Shown here: positions 37,370-50,600 of the stretch, one piece after another
How the letters are laid out: each line of letters opens with the position of its first letter
Position numbering within the stretch: position 1 is the first letter of the stretch
Assembly (NCBI RefSeq): GCF_963921235.1
Contig: NC_086097.1
Span: 161,698,001-161,762,000 of the forward strand
Source: Mobula hypostoma
Lineage: Eukaryota
Reading direction: 5' to 3'
DNA length: 64,000 nucleotides
Program-made: the position numbers and the translations under genes
Notes under the pieces: generated by a model
The model's database searches: none
Told to the model about the DNA's origin: nothing
The model's input: the letters and a program-made list of their open reading frames with translations, nothing else

Positions 37370-37640
37370 GAGTGTTGGGACCTCTGGTGCTACATGTATT
37401 TGGGTGGGGTTTTCTTCAGGGTTGAAGTTCCCAACTATGATTTGAAAGATGTCGGGATGGACTGTTTTTTTTGTTTGGAGATGGCATCATGCAGTATCTG
37501 AAGTGCTAGATTATAGTTGGCCGCTGGTGAACTGCATTCAGGAGGAGAACTCCGTGAATAAACAGAACAAATGGCATTTGACCGTTTGGTGTTCAAGGTC
37601 GGAGGAACCCGAGTTCGACAGAACTGCCACATTGGAGCAG
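37370..37640 (-). mobile_element. Rex-type APE endonuclease remnant
   Basis: agtgttgggacctctggt (TRGPNT on minus) and similarity to 1900-2200. Confidence 0.55.
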
Positions 37641-38143
37641 CACTGTGAGTTTACCATGAAACACACCTCCACCTTTTGTCCAGTTGCCTCAAATTAAGGG
37701 AGTGAGAGAGAAAGGAACTAATTACTAGGCCATCATATCAGTCATTACCCAGGATTATTCTTTACTAGACTGTGCATGATTTTCTATTACATTACATTTT
37801 AAAGAGTGTTGTTTGCTTACAAAATACTTGATCACAAGCAGCTTTTGGTTGAACAAACAGCTTTGAAATGCTGAACAATTGTAATATGACCTTGTCTATC
37901 CTCTTTCTTTCTATGCTTTTTGTTATTTCAGGTTATTCAATATGTTCCTCATACCCATGTTTGCTTTTTTCAATTTGTCTTCTATTCTGCATGGCCATTG
38001 TTCTCTGTGAATGTGACAACTGTATATGGCTTTATTCCCTATGCTTTCTAAATTTTGTTTATCAGCTGTAGATGTCAATGTTTCGTGTCCTAGTGCAACT
38101 GGCAAACACTTGCATTTGCTTTGCCCATAAAAATCACTAAATA

Positions 38144-39711
38144 CAGGTTCCCCCCGCCGTCCGAAGGTAGAATGTTCCTATGAAACGGTTCGTAAGCCGA
38201 AATGTCGTAAAGCGAAGAAGCAATTACCATTTATTTATATGGGAAAATTTTGTGAGCGTTCGCAGACCCAAAAATAACCTACCAAATTATGCCAAATAAC
38301 ACGTAAAATCTAAAATAACAGTAACATATAGTAAAAACAGGAATGATATGATAAATACACAGCCTATATAAGGTAGAAATACCTTTCCACAATCATTACT
38401 GAACTGTTCTCTGTAGCGAAAATCTCACGCAAGCGTCATCTGCAGAAAATCTCACGCAAGTGCTGTTGGCAAGAACACTCTCTCCAGTAACCTTTAAGCT
38501 ATGAAGCTGCCAAGTCATACCAAATAACACGTAAAAATACACAGCCTATATAAAGTAGAAATAATGTATGTACAGTGTAGTATCACTTACCGGAATTGGT
38601 TCAGCTCTGAGCACACTGATGATGGTGTGTTAGAGTGAGTCGTCGCAGGTTGGGTGGTGCAGTGGCCCCCACCCTCCGGGCCGCCGAGCGATACATTGCC
38701 GCAAAGCACGCAGGGGTCCAGCGGTAGCTGGGAGGTACACAGCACATCTTTAAGAAAAAAGCCGAAATAAACAAGCTAATTAATTAGGTGCCGCCGGACA
38801 CGTAATTGTCGGCCCAGATCAGTGCCGATTTCCGATTGCGTCGTCTCTGATCTGGACCGACAATTACGTGTCGGTGGCACCTAATTAATTAGCATGTTTA
38901 CTTCGGCTTTTTTCTTAAAGATGTGCTGTGTACGTCCCGGCTACCGTTGCATTTTCCGCGATTCGGTATCTGTCCGTGTCCTGGGGGTTGGGGTGGTGGG
39001 ACACTCATGTGTCATCTCATCGTCCCTTTCCATTAGAGCAGGCAGCTCATCTTCTTCTATCTCTCCCTGCCTTGATGTCGAAGGTCGAGGTTCGTCATCT
39101 GCTGTGGCCGATGTGGAAGGCTTGCTTGACTGCTGAGCCTTGCGCATTTTTCTATCACACAGTTCTTTAATAAGGACTCAAACCATCCTGCAGATATCTC
39201 CTAAACCGACGTACCCTTACAAAATTAAAGTCGTACTTTATCATTACTCATTCGGCTTCGATTGTTATCCTTTTTTCTTCCAATTGCATCAGCTCTTCCT
39301 CTGTCAGTTCTTGGTGATGGGATGCCAAAACCTCTTCAACATCGTGTTCGTCAGCTTCCACAAGCCAAACTCACGTTGTCCTTACTTCGTTCACCACGAT
39401 CAAAACGCTTAATTATGTCTAGTTTTACCCTAAGTGTAACACCCTTACGAGCTCTTTCAGGCTTTTCCGATACCACAGAATTCATCTTGCAAACGGCTGC
39501 TCACAGGCATGTGTTTAAGCAATGCCGGCGAGAATGCAGTTCTGAATCCGGGGGAGAGCGGCTGCTCGGGGCGCGCTCTGCCTTTTATCGCGCGGTGAAT
39601 TTTTTTTCGTAACACTGAAATCACCTTCTGAAAGCAAAAACGGTACTGATGTAGGTCTTTCGTAACAGTGAGGTTTCGTAAAGTGAACGTTCGAAAAGCG
39701 GGGAACATCTG
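38144..39711 (-). mobile_element. Internally deleted Tigger/pogo (TcMar) DNA transposon
   Basis: TA|caggttccccccgcc...gcggggaacatctg|TA imperfect TIRs; minus strand RARKGVTLRVKLDIIKRFDRGERSKD (psq/CENP-B-type HTH start) joined to DVEEVLASHHQELTEEELMQLEE (C-terminal region); no DDE core. Confidence 0.85.
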
Positions 39712-39849
39712 TAACTTCAAACAATTTGTTTTCTGACTGACATGCATTACTTCCGGTGAATTGACACAATTAACTTTTGAGCTCTTGAAGTCTTTTGGAA
39801 TATGCATATTCAAGAGAATTTTCTCTCTGAAAATCAAAAGAAAAATTCA

Positions 39850-40060
39850 GGTACTAGAATTCTGAAGTCAAAAAAAAAAACTGGAAGTACTCTGGTTTGA
39901 CAGCATCTGCAGAGAGGGAAACAAGAGTTAATGTAAATCATGGAGCATTACACAAATGTTGAGTGTTTATTCCCCTCCATGGATGCTGCCTGACCTGCAG
40001 AGTTCTGCCAGTATTTTTTGTGTGTTGCTCAAGATTTCCAGCATGTGCAGAATCTGTTGT
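39850..40060. mobile_element. Degenerate Penelope-terminus foldback
   Basis: ctggaagtactc...cagcatctgc on the left, gatgctgcctgacctgcagagttctgccag...ttccagcatgtgcaga on the right. Confidence 0.55.
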
Positions 40061-40549
40061 ACCTTGTATATCAATGACCTTTTGTCAGAAATTCCCAAAG
40101 ATTCTTTCTTAATTTTCTGTTTTCTCTTTGGTCTAAATAATCCTGAAATGTTTCCAAAGAATAATAATATTAGGTTTTTGAAGTAGAGTTATCGGACATG
40201 CTTGAGGGGCCTGTCATTATCAGCTTTCTCTCAAACTATGAGCATTATTTCCTTCATCACTGCTATGAATTGCATAATAAATTGTAGCAAGGGATTAAAT
40301 CAATTTGAAAGCATTATTCATCCTCCTTCAGAAAAAGTGTTCTCTGTTTAATATTACAGGAGATGTGCAAGTCAAAATGGTATCCTGGCACTTTGGCAAT
40401 GTGGTGTCGGTAATGTGCTAGAATAGAGGGACAGAGAGATCATTCTGTGTGATCCATACTAATTCTATTTCTGCAGTTTTCACCAAGTGGATTGAATCTT
40501 TGAATCTGGATTGTCACCTGCAATCTTTATCAAACCTTGGGTGGTCTAA

Positions 40550-40702
40550 AGTAAGACCATAAGATATAGGAGCAGAATTAGGCTATTCGGCCCATCGAGT
40601 CTGCTCCACCATTCAATTGTGGCTGATCCAATTCCTCCAGTTATCCCCCACTCTCCTGCCTTCTCCGCATACCCTTTGATGCCCTGGCTAATCGAGAACC
40701 TG
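40550..40702 (-). mobile_element. Very short CR1 3' end
   Basis: accataagatataggagcagaattaggctattcggcccatcgagtctgc matches CR1 3' UTRs such as 20845-20990. Confidence 0.8.
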
Positions 40703-41866
40703 CGATGACATGGTTTACAGTGATGGGCCTCCAAAGATTATGTGTATATGCAGGCACCTTTTTGGGATTGTTATTAAAATGAGGTAAACAATTACAACTT
40801 TTAGCACCTAAAATTGCTAATTATAATCAAAGTACTAATCTTAAAAAATCTTCATATCTGCAGCCCTCTGATTCAACATTAAGTTCAGTTACAGTGAATA
40901 TGCAGGCAGTACTCTGAAATTGGCTTTGGCAGCACATGTAGTAAAGGTTTTGCACTTGCATTCAACTAGGCAAATGCCAGTGGTTCTGTTCAGAATTGCT
41001 AGCATTTGCTGACAAGATCTAGGCCATCTTTGTCCATCATTTTCAATGCTGTATTGGTATTGATCCTGTTAAGATGCGTTTCCTTCCCCAATTCTACATT
41101 CCTTGCTCTTCCTGTCACCAACATCCCCTCCAAAAAAAGCTGTGATCAAAAAGGTTTCAGTAATATTGCTGTCAGATTTTTTATTTCTCCCCAAGGTATG
41201 CAGAAAAACCAACTTCATCCACCACTTAACTTTAATTTCTTAGTGGCCAATTGGTGGAAGATTGCGTGGGTGTGTTTCTGTGCAGACTGCTGAGGGCTTG
41301 TTTTTGCCGACAGCATTCTGCACCATCAGTTTACAGGACATCACTCGGGACTTGGGAGATATTGGATTTTTTTGTGTGTGACTATGTTTTCTGCAATCTT
41401 ATGTGCTAAATGTGCCTTGTGCTGTGTATGACTGTTGGCACTGTTTTGCACTTGGTGCTGCAGGAATGCTGTGTCATTGGCTGTATTCATGAGTATTTGT
41501 GTACGGTTGAATGATTATTAAACTTGAACTTGTATTGAATTTAGTTCCAAAAGTGTGTACTGCACCATTAGTTAAGCGATTGTCCCTTTCTGATATTCCA
41601 ACCATTTACACTGAATTGTTTGAAATAACAATATGAATTTCACCTTCAGCATTAATAACATAATTGTTGATTACAACATGAATATAACCGAAGGGTAAAT
41701 TTGTATCCATTATTTCAAAGATGCTTCTCTGGATTAAAATTTTCCAGAGCTGTCAACATCAAAACTTCAACTATAGATATGAAACTAAAACTCAAACCTT
41801 CCTTGTAATTTTCATTTTAGTTATGGAGAAAACAACATCCATCAAGGATTCCTAATGTCCAGTCAT

Positions 41867-42039
41867 CCTCCTCCCTCCTCCCTCCTCCCTCCTCCCTCCT
41901 CCCTCCTCCCTCCTCCCTCCTCCCTCCTCCCTCCTCCCTCCTCCCTCCTCCCTCCTCCCTCCTCCCTCCTCCCTCCTCCCTCCTCCCTCCTCCCTCCTCC
42001 CTCCTCCCTCCTCCCTCCTCCCTCCTCCCTCCTCCCTCC
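41867..42039. repeat. (CCTCCCT)n heptamer array, ~24 copies
   Basis: Directly visible; explains the GGGRREE and PPPSSLL pseudo-ORFs. Confidence 0.98.
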
Positions 42040-43059
42040 GCCATTTATTGCTTCTGAAGCATCTAAATCCTGGAATGCTGAACTGCCAGTACTGCCCTTC
42101 CACAGCCTGTATTAGATACAACATTGTAGTTCCATGTATAGGTCAGGCCTTGAGTCCCTCTGCCTTACCTGTAATACTCCTTGCATGGAAATAAATACAT
42201 CTCAGCCCACTCTACTTTCTTAAGCTGGTCCTGTCTGTCTTTCCTTTTGGTCTTATTTGTCCTAACTGATAGCTTCCCCTCAATCCCTCTCCATTGGGTA
42301 GTAGAAACAAAAGCCTAAAGGCGTGTACCACCAGCCAAGGGTGAATTCTGTCTTTCTTTTGAATGATTCCCTAGTATGATAAGATGGACACTTAACCTCA
42401 CCATCTATCTTGTGACCTTGCATCTTCCAGTCTACCTGCATATATTTTCTCTGTAATTGTCGCACTTGATTTTGCATTCTGTTGTTTATCTTGAGCTACT
42501 TCAATGCACTGTGCAATGCATTGATCTGCATGAACAGTATGCAAGATAAGCTTTTCACTGTATCTTAATACATGTGACTTGATTAAACCAATTTCATTCC
42601 AGAGGTTCTGCTTTTTACATAGTGCCTAACTCCCTTAATTTACTTTATATGGTCTCATCTCTCTTCCTTCTTGTGTTGCTAGTCCCAATATGGACCATGA
42701 CTGCTGGTTGCTCACTCTCCCCTTTCAGAATATCCTGTTCCCACTCAAGAACCTCCTTGACCCTACACGACTACAACTATCCTGTTCAAGTTTGTTGTTT
42801 TTTTTTGAAATTATCAAATTTTGGAAACTCTTATTTGCATTTTGTTGCCACCAAAAAAAAACTTGAATCTAAAAATTTAAATGATAGAGGCAACATAGTT
42901 GTATCTTTTTGATGTTTTTGAAGGTTCCATCCAAAATGTTTTTTTTGTTCTGCTAAATCTTTGCTTAGATCAAATTTTAAATTCACTCAGTAATGGTATT
43001 TATGGATCCCTGGGAAGAATACAGGTATTTCATAAATACAAGAGATGTATTGATTTCAC

Positions 43060-43490
43060 TATTGAGCACATGACATGAAACATTGTTGTAGGAAGGTAAC
43101 ATCCATCTTCTGAGATCCTCACCACCCAAGCCATACTTTTTTTCTCACTGTTACTATCAGGTAGAGGTACAAGGGCCTCAGGACTTGCACCACCAAGTTC
43201 AAGAACAGTTATTACCCCACAACCAATAGGCTCTTGAACAAAAGGGATAACTACACCTATTTGCCCATCCATTGAGGTGTTCCCATAACCAATTATCTCA
43301 CTTTAAGAACTCTTTATCTTATTTCATGTTTTTGTTATGTATTGCCTTTTATTTGTATTGGCATTTGGGCAGATTGTTGTCTTCTGCACTCTGATCTTTC
43401 ATTGATCTTGTAGATGCTGAGTATGCCTGCAGGAAAATGAATCTTAGGGTTGTATATGATGGCGTACTTCTTAAAATTTTATTTTGACCT
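43060..43490 (+). mobile_element. Rex1/Babar-type 3' end
   Basis: caccaccaagttcaagaacagttattacccc...gcctgcaggaaaatgaatcttagggttgtatat is the reverse complement of the 200-560 family. Confidence 0.75.
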
Positions 43491-43499
43491 TTGATCTAG

Positions 43500-46400
43500 C
43501 AAGAACCTAGTGAAAACCAGGAGATAGTGTAAAAGAGAGGTGAGAGTGGATATGGACAGCTGGAAAACCATGCTGGAGAGGTAATGGGGGCAATGAAATA
43601 GTGAGCGAACTGAATAAGTATTTTGCATCAGGGTTCACTGTGGAAGACACTAGCAGTATGATGGAAGTTCCATGTGTTGGGGGCTTGAAGTGTGTGAAGT
43701 TACCATAAATTGAACGAAGATTCTTGGAAGCTGAAAGGTCTGAAGGTAGGTAAGTCATCTGGATCAGATGGTGTACATCCCAGAGTTCTGAAAGGGGTGG
43801 TTGAAGAAATTGTGGAAGCATTAGTAATGATCTTTCAAGAATCACTAGATTCTGGAATACTGGAAAATTGCAAATGTCACTTCATTCTTCACGAAGGGAG
43901 AGAGGCAGAAGAAGGGAAACTATGGGCCTGTTAGTCTGACCTCGGTGGTTGGGAAATTGTTGGAATTGATTATTAAGGATGAGGTCTCAGGGTACTTGGA
44001 GGCAAATGATAAAATAGTCTGTAGTCAGCATGGTTTCCTCAATGGAAAATCTTGCCTGACAAATCTGTTGGAATTCTTTGAAGAAGTAACAAGTGGGATA
44101 GGCAAAGGAGAATCAGTTGATGTGTACTTGGATTTTCAGAAGGCCTTTGACAAGGTGCTACACATGAGGCTGCTTAACATGTTGCAAGCGCATGGTATTA
44201 CAGGAAAGATTCCAGCATGGCTAAAGCAATGGCAAATTGGTAGGAGGCAAAGAGTGGGATAAAGAGAGCCTTTTCTGGCTGGTTGCTGGTGGCTAGTGGT
44301 GTTCCAAGTGGGGTCTGTATTGGGATGGATTCTTTTTACGTTATGCGTCAAAGCCTGTGCCCCTCAGTTATGTGGAGTACTTCGCCATGTATTCAACCTG
44401 AGCCTGAGGCTCCGGAGGGTTCCTGTGCTGTGTAAGATGTCCTGCCTCGTCCCTGTGCCGAAGACGCTGCGCCCCAGCGGCCCCAATGACTACAGACCGG
44501 TGGCATTGACCTCCCACATCATGAAGACCCTGGAGAGACTTGTTCTGGAGCTGCTCCGGCCTATGGTCAGGCCACACTTAGATCCTCTCCACTTCGCCTA
44601 CCAGCCCCGACTAGGAGTTGAGGATGCCATCATCTTCCTGCTGAACCATGTCTATGCCCACCGGGACAAGCCAGCGAGCACTGTGAGAGTCATGTTTTTT
44701 GACTTCTCCAGTGCATTCAATACCATCCGCCCTGCTGTGCTGGGGGAGAAGCTGACAGCAATGCAGGTGGATCATGGATTCTTGATTACCTGACTGGCAG
44801 ACCACAGTACGTGTGCTTGCAACGCTGTGTGTCTGACAGAGTGATCAGCAGCACTGGGGCTCCACAAGGGACTGTCTTGTCTCCCTTTCTCTTCACCATT
44901 TACACCTCGGACTTCAACTACTGCACAGAGTCTTGTCATCTTCAGAAGTTTTCGGATGACTCTGCCATAGTTGGATACATCAGCAAGGGAGATGAGGCTG
45001 AGTACAGGGCTACGGTAGGAAACTTTGTCACGTGGTGTGAGCAGAATTATCTGCAGCTTAATGTGAAAAAGACTAAGGAGCTGGTGGTAGACCTGAGGAG
45101 AGCTAAGGTACCGGTGACCCCTGTTTCCATCCAGGGGGTCAGTGTGGACATAGTGGAGGATTACAAATACCTGGGGATACGAATTGACAATAAACTGAAC
45201 TGGGTCAAAGAACACTGAGGCTGTCTACAAGAAGTGTCAGAGCCGTCTCTATTTCCTGAGGAGACTGAGGTCCTTTAACATCTGCCGGACAATGCTGAGG
45301 ATGTTCTACGAGTCTGTGGTGGCCAGTGCGATCATGTTTGCTGTTGTGTGCTGGGGCAGCAGGCTGAGGGTGGCAGACACCAACAGAATCAACAAACTCA
45401 TTCGTAAGGCCAGTGATGTTGTGGGGATGGAACTGGACTCTCTCACAGTGGTGTCTGAAAAGAGGATGCTGTCTAAGTTGCATGCCATCTTGGTCAATGT
45501 CTCCCATCCACTACGTAATGTACTGGGTGGGCACAGGAGTACATTCAGCCAGAGACTCATTCCACCGAGATGCAGCACAGAGCATCATAGGAAGTCATTC
45601 CTGCCTGTGGCCATCAAACTTTACCACTCCTCCCTTGGAGGGTCAGACACCCTGAGCCAATAGGCTGGTCCTGGACTTATTTCATAATTTACTGGCATAA
45701 TTTACATATTACTATTTAACTATTTATGGTTCTATTACTATTTATTATTTATGGAGCAACTGTAACGAAAACCAATTTCCCCCGGGATTAATAAAGTATG
45801 ACTATTTGGAAGATGGAATTGATGGATTTGTTGCAAAGTTTGCATACAGTATGAAGATAGGTGGAGGGCAGGTAGTTTTGAGGAAGAAGAGAGGCTACAG
45901 AGGGCAGACACATTAGGAGAATGGGCAGGGAAATGGCAGATAGAATACAGTGTTGGAAAAGTGTATGATCATGCATTTTGGTAGAAGAAATGAAAGGGTT
46001 GACTATTTTGTGAATGAAAAGAAATATAAAAATCTGAGGTGCAAAGGGACTTGGGAGTCCTCGTGCAGGATTCCCTAAAGTTTTACTTGTAGGTTGAGTC
46101 TGTGGTGAGGAAGGCTAATGCAATGTTAGCATTCATTTTAAGAGGACTAGAATATAAAAACAAGGATGTAATGTTGAGTCTTTATAAAGCACTGGTGAGG
46201 CCTCACTTGGAGTATTGTGAGCAAGTTTGGGTCCCTTATCTTAGAAAGGGTGTGCTAAAACTGGAAAGGGTTCTAAAGAAGTTCATGAAAAAGATTCCAG
46301 GATTGAATAGCTTGTCATTTGAAGAGCATTTGATGGCTCTGGACCTGTATTCACTAGAATTCAGAAGAATGAGGGATGACCTGATTGAAACCTATCAAAT

Positions 46401-46745
46401 GGTGAAAGGCCTTAATAGAATGGATGTGGAGAGGATGTTTCCTATGGTGAAAGAGTCTAAGACCAGATGACACATCCTTAGAATAGAGGAGTGTCCTTTT
46501 AGAATGGAGATGAGGAATTTCTTCAGCCAGAGAGTGGTGAATCTGTAGAATTCTTTGCCACAGACAGCTGTGAAGGGCCAAGTTTTTGTCTGTTTTAGGC
46601 AGAGGTTGATAGATTCTTGGTCAGGGCATAAAGAGATACAGGGAGAAGGCAGGAGATTGTGACTGAGAGGAAAATTGGATCAGCGATGATGAAATGGTGG
46701 AGCAGACTCAATGGGCCAAATGGCCTAATTCTGCTCCTATATCCT
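43500..46745 (+). mobile_element. CR1 LINE RT to 3' end, interrupted by a Rex-type LINE
   Basis: GSDGVHPRVLK, QHGFLNGKSCLTNLLEFF, resumes ttggaagatggaattgat at ~45806, RPHLEYC. Confidence 0.9.
44346..45805 (+). mobile_element. Relatively young 5'-truncated Rex1/Babar-type LINE
   Basis: NDYRPVALTSHIMK, FFDFSSAFNTI, GAPQGTVLSPFLF, KFSDD, KYLG; few frameshifts; tail ataaagtatgactat. Confidence 0.9.
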
Positions 46746-46864
46746 CTGGACTGATTAAAGCTGATACGATTTGAAACTCAGTGCGAGAAGAACATCTGTT
46801 GTTTGGACTGCATCAGTTGTGCCTTCATTTGCTGGATGCAGCAGTGTGCAATTTAAATCACAAA

Positions 46865-47600
46865 TCATAAACGCGAAAGATTTTGCAGATGCTGGAAATC
46901 CAGAGCAACATGCACAAGATGCTGGAAGAACTCAGCAGGTCAGGCAGCATCTATGGAAATGAATATACTGTCGACGTTTCAGACCGAGACCCTTTATTGG
47001 GACTGGAAAGGAAGGAGAAGATGCCAGAATAAGATGGTGGGGGGGGGGGGATGGGAAGGAGGATGCAAGAAGGTGAAGCTGGGGATTGTGGGGGGGAATA
47101 AATTAAGAAGCTGGGAGGTGTTAGGTGGAAAAGGCAAAGTGCTAGAGAAGAATAATTCTGATAGAGTGGACCGTGGGACAAATGGAAGGAGGAGGGGCAC
47201 CAGGGGGAGGTTATAAGCAGGAGAGAAGAAGAGGTAAGAGGCCAGAGTGGGGAATTGAAGAAGAGGGAATGGAAAGTTTCCGTAACTTGGAGAAATCAGC
47301 ATGCGCAGCATCAGGATGGATTACTAGATGGAATATGAGTTGTAGCTCCTTTAACCTGAGTTTCCTCATTGTGGCAGAAGAGCAGGCCATGGATTGATAT
47401 GTTGGAACAGGAATGGGGATAGGTTTTCAGATGGTTCGCCACTGGGGAAATTTGGCTTTTTGCAGATGGAGCAGAGGTGCTCTACAAAGAGGTTCCCCAA
47501 TCTATGTTGACTCACCTATGTAGAGGAAGCCACTTTGGAACCACTGGATACAGTGAATGATCCCAATTGATTTGCAGGTGAAGTGCTGCCTCACTTGGAA
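46865..47600 (-). mobile_element. Penelope-like element 3' part (GIY-YIG tail, pyrimidine tract, terminal repeat)
   Basis: Minus strand ttccaagtgaggcagcacttcacctgc (FQVRQHFTC), ctcatattc (LIF); degenerate hammerhead at 46968-47005. Confidence 0.8.
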
Positions 47601-50600
47601 ATTTCAGATATTTCAATTCAGTTCAGTAACTTCTGTATATATTGCATTCAGATTCTTATTTGGTAAACTTAGATTATGCCTTTTGCAAACAAAATTTATC
47701 ATAAATTTTAGCAGAGATTTGGTGTATTATGGGCATTCAGGAATTATCTTTCTTTATTTTTGAGTTGGCTTTTGTTCCTTGGGTTTGAACCAGTAGTGAT
47801 TGGATGTAAGAATGCATTTTCAGTTATGTGAAACCTTTTTTCCCCCCTTTCCCTCATTTGTTTGAAGTGATTAGCTGTGAAAGCATGTTGAGTTACGTTA
47901 GGAAGTTTCTGATTGTTGAGGTTTCTATTACATATTGTTCTAATTTATCCCATGTAACAAAGGAAAATTAGGGAGAGTTCAAGTTGAATCTTGGGTAATG
48001 TCTTAACATGTATTTGGACAAATTTACTTCAGGGAAGCATTCATGAACAATTCTTGCCCCTCAGGTAAATTAAACCTTCAGTAAATTTATGTTCTTGTAT
48101 TAAACAATTAATGACTTACTTATCATCATCCCTACTGGGCATTGGCTAGCTGCTATGGGCAGCCTGAGTCCTCTTCTGGGCCACTCTTCCAAGTTGTCCC
48201 CAGATGTAGACTATCTTTTTGGTGTATCATTCCTCTTCCAGGGATGAGGGCTTTAGAGCTTCTGTTGGCATTTCTGTAGCGCTGTATTTTTATGGCATAG
48301 AGTTGTTGGCCCCATGTCGTTTTGCAGGTGGGCTTGAGACCGTCTATGGCAGAGTCGTAGTAAGCAATAAGTTGTATTAATGCCTGTGGAAAAGAATTAT
48401 TCTTATTGCTACTTTAATGCATATTTTGATAGTTTTGATGTAACTGTTGCACTCTACCAGCCAGGGACCAACACAGCTTTAAGATCTGATTCTACTTGAA
48501 GGTGAGATTAAGTTGCATAATGTAAAAGAATGGAAATGAATTTGGCTGCTGTTGTGATCTTGCAATTACAGATGTCTTGAGGCTTTGTAAAGAATGTAAC
48601 AGATAATAATTCCATTATGGAAAGAATATTTTATGTGGCTGTGTTTATAATTTCATGATATTAACCTACTTCAATGGAGAAAAGTTGAAGTTGCTCGGCG
48701 TGAAGAAGAGATGCTTGTAAATTTAACCTTCCCCAGAGATCTGGATGCTGTTCTCCTTCATATTTGAGGCTTTATGCACTCAACTGTTTTATTGAGTTAA
48801 ACTCAATTCCAAAGGATGACCAAAGGATAAGAATTAAAAATATTTTGTAAAATTTGCTATTTTAGTATGGTAATATTCCTTCTGTTCACTCTGATTCTTG
48901 CTCCACCGATCATCTGAGTACCTTCAATATTTTCTGTTTTTGATTTGGGATTTCCAGCATCAGAAGCATAAGCTTTACTGTGTCCCTCTGTCAAATGTAG
49001 TTTGACAGTGCTTTTATTAAGTGACTTCAGATAGTTTATTAGATACGTGAATTCAATTTGTTATTACATAGGTCTGAAAATTATCGAATACTTAATGCTA
49101 TTCAGATTCTGCTGCAGGCTTGATGGATTGTATTTTTTGGAATAGATACATATGGAATTGATAACAAGCAATTATTAAACATTTTGACTTCTAACCTTTT
49201 TAAAGAGGGAAAAGGTTAAGCAGTCAATTGTTCTCCAAGGAATCCTTGCAGTGACTTCTTATAGTTCTTAACTTGGTAATTTTGAATTTTCTTTATCATA
49301 TAGATTTTTGTTATTGTCTTTTCTTTATTTTAGGCCCATTTCTCTTTGCCTTATATCTGAGTCTGACTTCATTTCTCAACTTCTTTCCCAAATCCTTTTC
49401 CTTTACTGTGATAATCTTACAGTGGGTATTTTGACTCATTGACTGTTAAAATTGGAAGAGCTAGCCAATAAGTTACTGTAGAATCTCTTTCTATTACCCT
49501 TTCAGGGAGTGCATTGCAGATCATATCGTACTTAAAGAGAAGAAATTGCCCACGATTCATTTGTCATTTATTGTAAATATGTACATTCAGTGATTAGCTT
49601 TATGCTTTTTTGCTGTGAATCGGGTATGCTGATCTACAGTATCAGTTCATGACTTTGAAATGGGAAAAAAACTTGTAATCATATTGCTCACAGAATTATA
49701 CAGCAGGGAAATTGTCCAAAGGACCAGTGGGCACCCATCTCAATTTATCCCATCTTGTAGAGGAATATTTAGTGTTCTTTAATATTGTGACATAGAAGAA
49801 GGCCATTCAAATCAATGCTGAATCCTAGAGCAATTGATCAATCCTTTTATTGTCTTGTCATCTTTCTTTGATGCTTATTTATTCCCTCCACATGGAAATA
49901 CATCCCCTTTGTATCCACTTTCTCTGCTTTGTTCAGAATCTTGTATGTTTGAATACGCCCTTCTTATTCTTTTAAAACTCCAATGAATCCAATGTACTCA
50001 ATATATTTTCAGATTTAATACCTTGGACTCATTGGAATTTGAGAAGAATAGTTCTAATGTGCTGGATATATTTTCATATGTCAACCATTTTATCCCAGGA
50101 ATCTCTGGAGAACCTATTTCACACTGCAATACAAATATGTTATTCTATAAATATGGAAATTAAAACCATGTACAGAACTCAGAAATGATCTTTCCAATGC
50201 TCTGCAAAATTGCACCAAAACTTCCTTTACCCCATTTCCTTTTAAAATAAGGGCAATGTTCCATTAGTCTTCCTCATTACTGGCTGTGCCTGCTTACTTG
50301 AGGGGTCAAGAACATGGCTACAGCCTCATAACAAAGGGCAGGCTGTTGAGGACTTGAATGATAAATTTATTTGTTCAGAGTTGGTGAATCATTTAGACTT
50401 CTTTATCCTGGAGGACGGAGAAATCTTGGTCATTGCGCTTGTCCACACCAGATTGATAAATTTCAGGTCAATTTTAGGGACTAGAAGGTTTTGGGAGAGT
50501 GCAGGAAAATTGTGCTAGGATAGAAGATCATTCGGCAAAGTGGACGAGAAGGGTCTATTGGCCCCCTATGTATATTCTTGTGTTCTTAAATTACTGAAGT

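Noticed and set aside
41817..42124. ORFs with GGGRREE and PPPSSLL repeats
   Set aside because: Translations of a 7-bp tandem repeat that lacks stop codons
44296..44793. 165-aa RT-like ORF as a single gene
   Set aside because: Chance in-frame fusion of host CR1 and inserted Rex sequence
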